DNA from: a virus
Direction: 5' to 3' (one strand)
Virus record (IMG/VR): IMGVR_UViG_3300010413_000020
Coordinates: 43,282 to 107,281 of that record
DNA: 64,000 nucleotides
Part shown: piece by piece, positions 45,460-55,121 of the stretch
Numbering within the stretch: the first letter of the stretch is position 1
Layout: every line of letters begins with the position of its first letter
The notes under the pieces: model-generated
The model's input: the letters and a program-made list of their open reading frames with translations, nothing else
Databases searched by the model: none
Told to the model about the DNA's origin: nothing
Position numbers and translations under genes: made by a program

Positions 45460-47541
45460 TTGCTCAAGATAACCCATTTAGAACCATATTTTCCTACTGG
45501 TGAAGCCACCATACAGCCCGTAGTTTTATGGGCTAATGGCAAACCGTGTTACGAAGGAATCTCTAAACACGCAAGTGTTGGTTCTGATTACTTTAAAAAC
45601 ATTGTGCCTGTGCCGGGGCATTCAATTGTTTATGTACTAGCGATGGGCGCATGGGAATCTTATGGCGAAAATAGAAATGGAGACAGTTTTCCTGAGTTCC
45701 CGTATAAGGAAAATGAAGACCCTCCGTGGATAGCACCTAGTGATGTTCTAACGCAACATTACAAGTCATTTGAAACGCATGCACACAACTATCGGCACCA
45801 TGTAAATAAAGACCCTAAAAAAGCTGTTGGTAAGGTAATGAAAGCGTTCTGGAATCCCTTGATGCATAGGGTTGAACTCCTTATTGACCTGGATGATGAA
45901 AAGGCCCCAGACCTTGCTAAACGAATTGCTGCAGGAGAATTTCCCCCTGTGAGCATGGGAACCCGCGTCAAATACGATGTATGTTCTATTTGTGGAAATA
46001 GAGCACCTACACGAGCACAGTATTGCAAGCACTTAAAATTCCAAATGCGGGATGTCATTAATGGGATGAAAGTGTCTGCTCTTAATCCAAGCCCTAAATT
46101 TTTTGATATCTCATGGGTTTATCGCCCCGCAGACCAGACTGCATTCATGATGAAGAAAGTAGCAGAAGAGGCATATGATATGATCTCAGGAAGTGCTGCC
46201 GGGGAATATATTGAAGATATGGAACAACAGAAGTTAGCAGCTAAAAAATTAGCTGTTATTGATAAGATTGTTCAAGGTGTTCCTGTAGATGCTAAAACAG
46301 AAGGCATCGACCCCGGTGAATTATCGAATCTTTACAAAATGCGTAATTTAGTTCTGGAAGCAGGACGAAATACGCCAGATTTACCGGATGATTTACTTCG
46401 AAACTTATCCCGTTTTTCATTACCTAAAATTTTTTCCTCTACTTTAGCATCTGGAGGGATGCTACTTAGTACCCCCGAAGTTACTAAAATAATAATCTAC
46501 AAATCCCGTCCCCAAATGGCTATTCCAAGGGACATCTTGGACAAATCTGTTGCCCTTCAAGGGAGTGTTCTTGATTTGTTCCATGATGTCCCGAATCTTT
46601 TAGACCTATTGAAAAAAACTGGTTCATTAGATTTGGGTCCAGAGCATGTGGACGAACAAATAATGAATGCAGTATCCCCTTTTATGGAAAAACGTTCGGG
46701 TATTGCTCAATATTTGAAACGGAGATTTGTTCCCCAAAATTGGAGAGAAGAAACTCCTTATACTACTCCATTAACATTAACAGACCCGTCGTCAGGAAAT
46801 ATTTATGGAACCACTCGCGGTGCAGCAATTCAGGCACACGACGAAATAGCTAAACGAAATCTTTATAAGGTTTTGGGAGGAACCGCATTATTAGGGGGAG
46901 CGTATAAATTAATTGGTAGTGGTTTAGACTATAAAGGATTTGGTAAGTATAAACCCCTTGCTGCTTTAGCTTTAGGCGCATTAGGAATTTCTCAATGGCC
47001 TGGAATGGGGCAGCACTATATGACAGATCAGGGGATACCTATACCAACAATTACAGAATTGTCCAAAGTATCTCAAGTACATCCATCTTCTTTATCAACT
47101 TTAGCTCTTCCTATTTTTGGGACCTTAGGTTTAATGGCGGCTTTAGCGCATGATTATCAGTCACGTTTAAAATCAGGAATTCCTATTGGATATGAAGGAC
47201 AACCGTTATCACGCCGTGTTCTTGACCAAATTGAACAATTTTCACAAGAGCATCCCCTGATTACAGGGGCAGCGGGGATTGTTGCAGGTCGTAGGATTGG
47301 AAAAACCGCCCCGGTACAATTTCTTACACGAAAAGGACAACAAATTTTTTCTCCTATCAAAGAAACAGTTACTGGGGCAGGTAGAGCGGCTAGTGATACT
47401 CTTCGTGATTTAACCCAGGGCGTTAAAATCTCTTCCTATTTGGAAAATGAGTTGCGATCTGAGAAAAGTACAGTACTTCTCCCAGAACTAAATTTGGATA
47501 AATTGGCTGAATGGCTGGGATGGTTAATTGTAGAAGGTTGA
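45460..47541 (+). CDS. Probable prohead protease with long C-terminal extension
   Basis: NRNGDSF, YRHH, VSMGT..CSICGN..C.HL, FFDISWV..PAD motif set typical of large-phage prohead proteases; upstream of the capsid genes. Confidence 0.65.
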   Translation: MLKITHLEPYFPTGEATIQPVVLWANGKPCYEGISKHASVGSDYFKNIVPVPGHSIVYVLAMGAWESYGENRNGDSFPEFPYKENEDPPWIAPSDVLTQHYKSFETHAHNYRHHVNKDPKKAVGKVMKAFWNPLMHRVELLIDLDDEKAPDLAKRIAAGEFPPVSMGTRVKYDVCSICGNRAPTRAQYCKHLKFQMRDVINGMKVSALNPSPKFFDISWVYRPADQTAFMMKKVAEEAYDMISGSAAGEYIEDMEQQKLAAKKLAVIDKIVQGVPVDAKTEGIDPGELSNLYKMRNLVLEAGRNTPDLPDDLLRNLSRFSLPKIFSSTLASGGMLLSTPEVTKIIIYKSRPQMAIPRDILDKSVALQGSVLDLFHDVPNLLDLLKKTGSLDLGPEHVDEQIMNAVSPFMEKRSGIAQYLKRRFVPQNWREETPYTTPLTLTDPSSGNIYGTTRGAAIQAHDEIAKRNLYKVLGGTALLGGAYKLIGSGLDYKGFGKYKPLAALALGALGISQWPGMGQHYMTDQGIPIPTITELSKVSQVHPSSLSTLALPIFGTLGLMAALAHDYQSRLKSGIPIGYEGQPLSRRVLDQIEQFSQEHPLITGAAGIVAGRRIGKTAPVQFLTRKGQQIFSPIKETVTGAGRAASDTLRDLTQGVKISSYLENELRSEKSTVLLPELNLDKLAEWLGWLIVEG

Positions 47542-47608
47542 ATTCTACTTGTGAAAGATAAATCTGCAACCTATGATTGGTTGCGTAACACAAATGTGAG
47601 GCAAGACC

Positions 47609-48391
47609 ATGGATTTGAAAGAAGTTTTGAAGCAAATGGAAGAAGGACAGGAAAAAGTGGCTGCAGCACAGCGAGGAACCCCCGCTGTTGTTCCGCAAGA
47701 AGCCAATGCTTTGGCTGCTGCTCTAGAAAAAGCAGCTGCGGCAATAACTCCAGAGGAAAAGGGTGCAACGGATGCTGTGAACGCGCTTCAAGTAGTAGCT
47801 GAAAAACTCGCTGCTCAAGAGCGAGAGGCGGATTTAGCCCATGCAAATCTTTGTGGCCAAGCGTTCGCGGATGGAGCAATCAATAAGTTTGCTGCTTGGG
47901 ACGCTGTGACTAAGATGGCTATGGCTCAGCAGACTTTTGCAACTCCAATTCCAGGACAGGTTGCTCAATATCAATCGCAGTCCAAATTAGCTACTGATCA
48001 AACTGTGCCCATGGAAAAATGGGCATCAAGTGATCCTGTCCTTATGGAAAAAGTTGCAGTACAACGATACCTCGGAAGTTTAACCCAGGCTGATTTACAG
48101 CGGGCAACTCCACAGGAACTTCAAAAACTGGCGGAAATCCAAAAGGCTGCTCAGTTTACTCGTGAAGACCTCATGAAGATAGCTGCCGAAGAAGGGGATC
48201 AGGAAACGCTCTACAAGTTGGCAGCCGAGCAGGGGTATGCTGATACAATGGAAAAAGCAGCTGCTGATTACGAGGCGGGAGCACAGCAGGCGCTTCAGGA
48301 AGTCCACTCGTTGGCTACTGGAGAGTTCCTTAAGGGAGCGGCGGAAGCTGAGATATTGATTAATCATTATCGTCAGCAAGCAGGGCAATAG
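47609..48391 (+). CDS. Probable scaffold protein
   Basis: Ala/Glu/Gln-rich helical sequence with more than ten K-x-A sites; lies between protease and capsid. Confidence 0.55.
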   Translation: MDLKEVLKQMEEGQEKVAAAQRGTPAVVPQEANALAAALEKAAAAITPEEKGATDAVNALQVVAEKLAAQEREADLAHANLCGQAFADGAINKFAAWDAVTKMAMAQQTFATPIPGQVAQYQSQSKLATDQTVPMEKWASSDPVLMEKVAVQRYLGSLTQADLQRATPQELQKLAEIQKAAQFTREDLMKIAAEEGDQETLYKLAAEQGYADTMEKAAADYEAGAQQALQEVHSLATGEFLKGAAEAEILINHYRQQAGQ

Positions 48392-48392
48392 C

Positions 48393-48542
48393 ATGTACTC
48401 AACAGGAGCTAAAACCGCGTATGCAAAATTGCTTAAAGTAGCAATGCAAAAATTAGCTTCAACATATGGTGTTGTACTGCAATCGGATACGGGCAAGATG
48501 CCTCGACAAGGAGCGAAGAATGCGTCGTCTCCCAAACGTTAA
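48393..48542 (+). CDS. Small basic protein (49 aa, not in the ORF track)
   Basis: MYSTGAKTAYAKLLKVAMQKLASTYG...; shares the GAKTA motif with the 38233 gene. Confidence 0.45.
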   Translation: MYSTGAKTAYAKLLKVAMQKLASTYGVVLQSDTGKMPRQGAKNASSPKR

Positions 48543-48750
48543 TGAAGTTGTTGCTCAGGTTCTAAAACAGGCGGATGATATTCGCCAACAGGAAACTGAA
48601 AAAACAGCGGAAAGTTTACTTCCTTCCTTTACTATTCCGGTAGCTGAAGGAATGTATAAATTGGCGACGGTATTACGTTCAATCGATCCAGAGAAAGTGA
48701 CTTTGGAAGACGTTAATTCTTTCGCTAACCGTCTAATGGAGCAAGCATGA
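48520..48750 (+). CDS. Hypothetical protein (76 aa)
   Basis: Within ORF 48466..48750; likely start ATG 48520 after AAGGAG. Confidence 0.6.
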   Translation: MRRLPNVNEVVAQVLKQADDIRQQETEKTAESLLPSFTIPVAEGMYKLATVLRSIDPEKVTLEDVNSFANRLMEQA

Positions 48751-48923
48751 GTAATAATACCTCACCTAATGTCGTGCTCGCCCAAGGTTTACGGGTAATT
48801 GCCACTTCTTTACGGAAAGAAGCTGCAGTTATTCGACGAAAAAAAGCCGTGAAGTGTGCTCAAGTTCTCACGGCTGCGAAAGGGCTTAATCAGCTCACTC
48901 GTATCCTGAGAGGAGAACAATAA
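48747..48923 (+). CDS. Small basic protein (58 aa, not in the ORF track)
   Basis: MSNNTSPNVVLAQGLRV...RILRGEQ; coupled to both neighbours. Confidence 0.55.
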   Translation: MSNNTSPNVVLAQGLRVIATSLRKEAAVIRRKKAVKCAQVLTAAKGLNQLTRILRGEQ

Positions 48924-49276
48924 TGAGCGCAGCGGAAAAACTTATGGAACTCGTAGCGGATGTATTAGAGAAGAATGCTGAATACTACGAAAGTTTAGAA
49001 TCCGAGCGCGTGAATAAAGAGAAAGAAGCGCAACACACAAAAGCTTCGTCTCTAGCTGCTCGTATTTCTGAAACCGTTGGTGAACCCCTCGATGAAGAAT
49101 TGATTGCCAAACTTTCCACTATAGACCCCGACATTCATGGTCTGTTGGAGCGTACAGTAGGAAGTATGGAAACCGTGGATTCTCTGGGTGGGGTTGAAGA
49201 CAACGAAAAGGTCGCCGGACTCGATGGGTTGCCCCCTGAAGATGTCCGTTTTCTTTCATTCATAAACAACAGTTAG
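48923..49276 (+). CDS. Hypothetical head protein
   Basis: 117 aa, GAGGAG RBS. Confidence 0.65.
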   Translation: MSAAEKLMELVADVLEKNAEYYESLESERVNKEKEAQHTKASSLAARISETVGEPLDEELIAKLSTIDPDIHGLLERTVGSMETVDSLGGVEDNEKVAGLDGLPPEDVRFLSFINNS

Positions 49277-49285
49277 GAGGATGCA

Positions 49286-49813
49286 ATGACACTTCTGAAT
49301 TCGCAGTTCGACGTCATTAGCCATGACCCGCATCCTAATGCGCGTGCAGGGCTTTTGGTCGTACTGCCGGTGCATGGGGCTCCGTCACCCTACAGTTCAC
49401 TGCCTGCGAGTGGAACTCCTGTAGCGGGTGACATTGACCCCGGAATGTGCATCGCGATGAACAATGTCGGAGAAGCGATTCCTGCAGATCAGGATTTGAT
49501 TACTCCCCCGGCTATTCTGTTCATCACGGTGGACGGTGACAAGGATTACGATGGCGCTTTTGTGCACAAAATTACGTGCATACAGGGCGGCGGGGAATTT
49601 CGCCTCGATACCAACAATTTCGCGGTGGATACCTACGCTCCTGGAGACGTTCTGACTGCACAAGGAACAAGCGATCCAGGGACTCCTGGTAAGTGGCGTA
49701 AAGCTGCTGCTGGCGAGGCCATGTACGCCATCGTGGGCCCTGGTGGCGCGGACGGAACCAAAGGAACACTGGATATTCTCATCCCTCAGGGATGGGCACC
49801 AGTGCATCCATAG
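49286..49813 (+). CDS. Probable capsid decoration/cement protein
   Basis: 175 aa, Gly/Pro-rich beta-type sequence directly upstream of the putative MCP. Confidence 0.45.
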   Translation: MTLLNSQFDVISHDPHPNARAGLLVVLPVHGAPSPYSSLPASGTPVAGDIDPGMCIAMNNVGEAIPADQDLITPPAILFITVDGDKDYDGAFVHKITCIQGGGEFRLDTNNFAVDTYAPGDVLTAQGTSDPGTPGKWRKAAAGEAMYAIVGPGGADGTKGTLDILIPQGWAPVHP

Positions 49814-49828
49814 GAAAGGAGGACGAGA

Positions 49829-50737
49829 ATGTACGCAATGCAAACACCAGAAACCTCGGCTTCCTTTGTTAACTCCAACTTTGTAAGAAAGTTGGATGAA
49901 GGCCGCGTCAAAGAGGCCGCAGAGGAGAGCTCAGCTTTTATCCGTGAAAAACTTCGTCAAGAAGCGGCTGTTAGGGAACTTATTGTTCCCGAGGGCATTA
50001 CGGAGGAAGAGATTGACCGAGATGAGCACACCGATCAACCGAAGAAAATCATCGACAAGGAGCCGGACTCCGTAGCGACCTTCGTCCAGTTTCAAGGTAC
50101 CGGTCGTAGAACTTGGTTCCGCGGCAAAAGGTATGCGATTTACTTCGGTAAGGTTGAATCAGAGCGATTCACCAAGTCGAAATTCGAGTTGATGACTTAC
50201 ACCTCGGATATTCGCAAGATTCTTTCGGACAACTCCGTGAAGGATATGGCGGATCAAGAGGACCAAAAGTTCATCGACCTTGTTGCTGCCATCATCGCGC
50301 TCAATCCCGCACAGCAATCGGGTGGTCCGTTCCAGAGTGGAACATTCAAACAGGCTATGCAAGCGATGCTCAATCGTAAGATCCCAGTTGGGAAGATGCT
50401 GATGACCAAATCGCAGTATCTCAATGCTTTAGATTTACCGGCCACCACGGTTGGCGATGATATTGCTAAGAGACACTTCGATGAGGGTATCGAAGCTTCT
50501 CAAAAGCTCTGGGGTATCCCAGTGGTGACTACGATAAAGAGTGACATTTACGACCCAACAAAGGCGTGGGTGTTCGCTCCTCAAGCGCCGAATAACTTCC
50601 TCGGTAACTTCTATCTGCTCCAGGATGCTACTCTGTACATCCGTCAAGAAGCAGATATTATCGAGTTTTGGAGCTACGAAGCGCTTGGTCTGGGTATCGG
50701 TAATAGACTGTCGATCCAGCAGATTCAGTTCGTCTAG
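49829..50737 (+). CDS. Probable major capsid protein
   Basis: 302 aa, AGGAGG RBS, codon choice suggesting high expression, located after protease/scaffold/decoration genes; LWGIPVV motif as in HK97-fold capsids. Confidence 0.65.
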   Translation: MYAMQTPETSASFVNSNFVRKLDEGRVKEAAEESSAFIREKLRQEAAVRELIVPEGITEEEIDRDEHTDQPKKIIDKEPDSVATFVQFQGTGRRTWFRGKRYAIYFGKVESERFTKSKFELMTYTSDIRKILSDNSVKDMADQEDQKFIDLVAAIIALNPAQQSGGPFQSGTFKQAMQAMLNRKIPVGKMLMTKSQYLNALDLPATTVGDDIAKRHFDEGIEASQKLWGIPVVTTIKSDIYDPTKAWVFAPQAPNNFLGNFYLLQDATLYIRQEADIIEFWSYEALGLGIGNRLSIQQIQFV

Positions 50738-50761
50738 AGCTCTCTGCGAGGAGGTTGAGCT

Positions 50762-51265
50762 ATGAAGATGGTAGAGCTTAAAAATGTAGGGAACTCCAGA
50801 ATTTCTATTCGCCAGGTTCGAGGCCTTGCTCTCGATCCGGGTGAATCAAAGAAGGTACCTCCGGCAACAGCTGCGCATCCGGCTGTAAAACGTTACATCG
50901 GGCGCGGATTAGAGCTAGTAGGTGCCCCGAAGGCGGAGCCCAAAGCCCCCGCACCGCCCGCTTCTAAACCTTCGCCGGTACCTCCTAAGGTTACTGAGCC
51001 CAAGCCAGAACCTAAGGTAGAACCGGAGACTGGGGAATCAGAAGCCCCGGACGATGAAGGAGAGAATGCGACGGTCGGAGACCTTCGAGAGAGTTTTCTC
51101 TCTGCACCCGGTATCACAGAAGCAAATGTAGATGAGATTCTGGATATCTATCCAAGCATGGAAGCATTAGCGGATGCGTCTAAGGAAGACCTTTGCGACC
51201 TTGGTGTTTCGAAGTCCTACGCTAATCGCCTCATAAGCTGGGCCAACGACAAGCTCAACGACTAA
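50762..51265 (+). CDS. Protein with Pro-rich linker and C-terminal helix-hairpin-helix-like domain
   Basis: APGITEANVDEIL..ADASKEDLCDLGVSKSYANRL. Confidence 0.6.
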   Translation: MKMVELKNVGNSRISIRQVRGLALDPGESKKVPPATAAHPAVKRYIGRGLELVGAPKAEPKAPAPPASKPSPVPPKVTEPKPEPKVEPETGESEAPDDEGENATVGDLRESFLSAPGITEANVDEILDIYPSMEALADASKEDLCDLGVSKSYANRLISWANDKLND

Positions 51266-51345
51266 TTCGATACTCTTCCCTTTCCCTTACAGCCTAAATC
51301 TACTAAAATTACCACGATATCTCTATGTGTTGGAGGTAAGACTAA

Positions 51346-51618
51346 ATGTCTACTGTTATGGTCAATCACAACTATCCGAACGACGACGAAATGACTGTTG
51401 TTGATGAGCAAGATATACCTATCGAGGGTGTTGAAATTCGTATTTTTGAATTAACCGCTTTTCAAGCTGGAGTAGTGGATAGTTGGGTAGGGTCAACTCT
51501 AACTGACATAGACGGACACTGGATAGACCCCATTGGTCTTGAATCAGGAAATACCTGGGTGGTACACTTTGAAAAACCCACAGTCTACGGTCCAGAGCAC
51601 GTAGAAATAACGACGTAG
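51346..51618 (+). CDS. Hypothetical protein
   Basis: 90 aa, GGAGG RBS. Confidence 0.65.
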   Translation: MSTVMVNHNYPNDDEMTVVDEQDIPIEGVEIRIFELTAFQAGVVDSWVGSTLTDIDGHWIDPIGLESGNTWVVHFEKPTVYGPEHVEITT

Positions 51619-51627
51619 GAGGATACT

Positions 51628-52341
51628 ATGTACATGGTTGGTAAAACACCCGCAGGGTTACGACAGAAGAGCGCATCAGCTTTTGGTGGATTCATCCCTA
51701 AAAATGCTGCTGGTGTTATTTTTGAACCTTTTGTTTCTAATGGAATGCTAACCTACGTCAATCCGAATAACCAGGTCGAAACCGCACTAGCACAAGGTGG
51801 CTTATTCTATTTTGGTTCCGAACAAACGGTTAAAGTACATGAGATTAGGGCATTAGCTGCTTTAGGAAATATTTCAGCAGTAGTAGGAGATCTTCAGGAT
51901 ATCAAATCCGCTAAATTTACTGTGGGAGGGGCTACACCTGCGATAGACCTCACCGCTTTAGCAGTAATTCCTAAAGACAAAGTTATAGTTACTTCTCCCG
52001 CGGGTGTTGAAACATACACTGTAAAAACGGTTATTTCCGCTACTGAACTCGAACTGGAAGAAATAGTAACAGATCGTGCCTTAGCGGTAGGAGATGTTTT
52101 TACAATTACGAGCGCAGACGGCGTTACCACGCGCTATACTCACACCTTAGCTGGAGTAGATACTTTAGATGTTGATACCTCTACAATTCATGATGTTCCA
52201 GTTGGTACACCTGCTGCGAGCCGTATTGTATTTTTTCCTCCAGTGATACTTCTTCCTACTCAAGTTCTTAAAGTGAGTACGGCAGCAGCAAATGCGGCAG
52301 GGTGGTTAGATATTTACGTTGTAAAGGGTGATTGGATTTAA
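51628..52341 (+). CDS. Hypothetical structural protein
   Basis: 237 aa, Thr/Val-rich beta-type sequence. Confidence 0.65.
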   Translation: MYMVGKTPAGLRQKSASAFGGFIPKNAAGVIFEPFVSNGMLTYVNPNNQVETALAQGGLFYFGSEQTVKVHEIRALAALGNISAVVGDLQDIKSAKFTVGGATPAIDLTALAVIPKDKVIVTSPAGVETYTVKTVISATELELEEIVTDRALAVGDVFTITSADGVTTRYTHTLAGVDTLDVDTSTIHDVPVGTPAASRIVFFPPVILLPTQVLKVSTAAANAAGWLDIYVVKGDWI

Positions 52342-52829
52342 TGCCAGTTCAACTTACAAAGGATGCGCTTCCGCTGGACGTAGAAGAAATCAGAATGTTT
52401 CTTCGGGATCAGCCCGACTATAACATCCTGATGGATGACATTGAATTTTCGAATAACGATATTCAAAGAGCTATGCGTCTCACTGTAGCAAAGTGGAATG
52501 CAATAACACCTATCTCTAATTTGACGAGCCCCGCACAACTCAACGAATATATTCTCCTGTGTGGAGTTTGTTGTATTCTCCTTAGGTCGGAAGGATTGCG
52601 TCAAGTTCGAAATCAGTTAACCGTGCAAGATGGTAATATTGCTCCAGTAGGTTTGGACGAGAAAGAAGCTATTTATCTTAAATGGGCTCTTCATTTTTGT
52701 GAAGAATTTGAACGAATGTCTCAAGCCATGAAAGTACAAGAAAATATGGAATCATTGCTTGACGACCGATGTGGAGGAGCAAGTGGATTTGGGTCTGGAT
52801 ATAGGTGGATTGGAAGGTATTCGTCATGA
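52332..52829 (+). CDS. Probable head-tail adaptor (neck) protein
   Basis: 165 aa; position after capsid; IRMFLRD..FSNNDI N-terminus resembles adaptors. Confidence 0.45.
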   Translation: MDLMPVQLTKDALPLDVEEIRMFLRDQPDYNILMDDIEFSNNDIQRAMRLTVAKWNAITPISNLTSPAQLNEYILLCGVCCILLRSEGLRQVRNQLTVQDGNIAPVGLDEKEAIYLKWALHFCEEFERMSQAMKVQENMESLLDDRCGGASGFGSGYRWIGRYSS

Positions 52830-53434
52830 GGTTTTCCGCTAATGATTTACACCGGTTCGGAATGCAGAAATTAGCTCAATTAGAGGGTGTGGCTCTCCCA
52901 TATTCTACCGACTCCTTTTCTGCGGAATCGTCTTATCCTACACAGTCTCCAGTAACGGTAATAATCGCTTCGCCTCCCGCTCCCCCTGAAAAAACAGAAA
53001 GTCCTAAACCCCAAAAAACGATGCTTCCATTTGCTCCTACAGCCGGGATTACAAGAGCACCTACACCTTTAGAAGCTCACGAAATGGATTCCTATTCTAA
53101 AGCTGGACTTTTAGGGTTACTTGGAGGTTCCGCTGCAGGTTTGCTAGCAGGTATGGTTCTTCCTGGCAAACAAATGATACGGCATGGTCTTTTAGGTGCG
53201 GGAGCTGGCTTATTAGGAGGAATTGGACGGCACTATGAACAAAGCTCGGAACCCCCAGGACTTTCTCCTGTATATACAATTCCTGGAGGCATTAGGACTG
53301 GAGGAGCTTTGGGTGCAATTGGTGGTGGATTGGGAGCTCATTTTCTACCTATGGGAATGAAATTAGTACCAGGGATACTGAGCGGAGCGGCCTCTGGAGC
53401 TATAGGTGGTGCGCTCGCTAGTCAGATGATTTAA
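52826..53434 (+). CDS. Gly-rich hydrophobic virion protein
   Basis: ORF 52805..53434, likely start ATG 52826; glycine-zipper segments; QKLAQ. Confidence 0.6.
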   Translation: MRFSANDLHRFGMQKLAQLEGVALPYSTDSFSAESSYPTQSPVTVIIASPPAPPEKTESPKPQKTMLPFAPTAGITRAPTPLEAHEMDSYSKAGLLGLLGGSAAGLLAGMVLPGKQMIRHGLLGAGAGLLGGIGRHYEQSSEPPGLSPVYTIPGGIRTGGALGAIGGGLGAHFLPMGMKLVPGILSGAASGAIGGALASQMI

Positions 53435-54303
53435 TGCCAGTGCCAACTTCAGAGACTGTTTGGAAACAAAAAACTCCTCCAAAAAAGGGAATCTTTAGAG
53501 TTGTAATTAATCGCATTACCGGGTTGTGGCCAAGAAAGGTTTTGATTCAGTGGATTATTAGAGAACCGACGCAAGCCACTGATTATTTTTTTAATGTTTA
53601 TCGCTCAGGAAGTGCCGAAGGGCCTTGGGAAGAATTAGCCACAGATTTAGATAACTACTATTTTTTGGATGATAACTTTCCTGCTCCAAACGATAGAAGC
53701 GAACCGGGTCTTTTTTCTATGCGACGAACTCTTTATTACCGAGTTGTGGCAACTCATCCAATAGATGGCACTGTAGACGTGGTTCAAAAATTAGAAGCAA
53801 GTCTTGATCGAAGACGTGCCGGTATTGTTCGTAAATTGCGTAGGGATGCTGCCGTAGCTTTAAAAAAAGGATCGGGAACACAAGTCGCGATTCTCAAAAG
53901 AAAGTGGTGGGGTGAACCTTGTGAAATCTGTAGAGCCGCAACAGGACAAACAACAAGAGGGCATTGTAAAGAGTGTAACGGAACCGGTATTATCCATGGG
54001 TACTGGGGCCCGGTCTACGGTTATGCTACTCGGTCTGCTACACCTACTAATGTCGGAACAGAAAACCAAGGAAACGTTGAAGTACACCAAGTACAGATAA
54101 AAATGTTGGATATTCCAGAAGTGGAACGCTATGATATTCTTGTATTTTTACGGGACAACAAACGATACATTGTAAATCAAGTTCTACCCACGGAAATTCA
54201 TACAGTAAATGTTCATCAAGAATTAAATGTTTCAGAGTTATCACGTTCTTCTCGTGAATATTCACTTGAAGTAGACCCTTGGCACGACCCAAAATGGTTT
54301 TAA
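53434..54303 (+). CDS. Probable neck/head-closure protein with Zn finger
   Basis: CEIC..CKECNGTG; position in the neck region. Confidence 0.45.
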   Translation: MPVPTSETVWKQKTPPKKGIFRVVINRITGLWPRKVLIQWIIREPTQATDYFFNVYRSGSAEGPWEELATDLDNYYFLDDNFPAPNDRSEPGLFSMRRTLYYRVVATHPIDGTVDVVQKLEASLDRRRAGIVRKLRRDAAVALKKGSGTQVAILKRKWWGEPCEICRAATGQTTRGHCKECNGTGIIHGYWGPVYGYATRSATPTNVGTENQGNVEVHQVQIKMLDIPEVERYDILVFLRDNKRYIVNQVLPTEIHTVNVHQELNVSELSRSSREYSLEVDPWHDPKWF

Positions 54304-55044
54304 ATGCCACTACGAACTAATAAAAACTGGAGAAATGAAGCACTTCCTAGGTTAGAAAACGAGGGGGTAGATGTTTTTCCAGGAAGTCCACTTGCTGTAA
54401 TTGGCCTTTGGGTTTTCGCTTTACGGGAACGATTTAAGTACAACGAAGCTTATCCACTTCCTTGGATGTGGGATCGCCCATTACGCCCCGCTGACGAAGA
54501 AGATGGAAGCCCAGGACCTGAAGGGTCGCCTAGACGAGTACATATTGAATCAGCATACAATGTTGAAAAATCAGTGCGCAATTATCGTCCTTATATTGTG
54601 GTTGGTAGGGGTGGAGGAAATACTACAGCAGACAAGGTAAGTATTAATAATTTTGTAGGACTTAATCCTAAAAATCAATTCAAGGCATATCACTGTTATG
54701 CTACAATGCCTATAGTGCTTGAATGTGGAGCGGAAGCTTCAGGAGAATCTAGTACTATTGGGGAGTTGGTTTGGGCATTTATTCTTAGTACTCGTGAAAT
54801 TTTTAGAAAGGATTTTGGTTTCCATGAAATTACCGAACCCGTAATGTCGGACACAAAACCTAAAGAAGACGACAAGGAAATTTGGATAACTAATGTCATG
54901 TATCAAATCCAGTACGATATGCGATGGGGTACTGAACCAATTGCGCCGGTTTTAAGAGAGATAGGATTGAGGATACAAGCCCAAAAAGATTACAATAATA
55001 TGTTTCTCGAACTTGCCCTTCGGGGTGAAGCGGAAAATAGTTAA
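54304..55044 (+). CDS. Probable tail completion/terminator protein
   Basis: 246 aa directly upstream of the sheath. Confidence 0.4.
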   Translation: MPLRTNKNWRNEALPRLENEGVDVFPGSPLAVIGLWVFALRERFKYNEAYPLPWMWDRPLRPADEEDGSPGPEGSPRRVHIESAYNVEKSVRNYRPYIVVGRGGGNTTADKVSINNFVGLNPKNQFKAYHCYATMPIVLECGAEASGESSTIGELVWAFILSTREIFRKDFGFHEITEPVMSDTKPKEDDKEIWITNVMYQIQYDMRWGTEPIAPVLREIGLRIQAQKDYNNMFLELALRGEAENS

Positions 55045-55121
55045 TGTTTTTCCTACGTGTTTCACTAACGAGATACTATAATTGACCCAGCAGAATATGA
55101 AACGTACCAAGGAGACGACAG

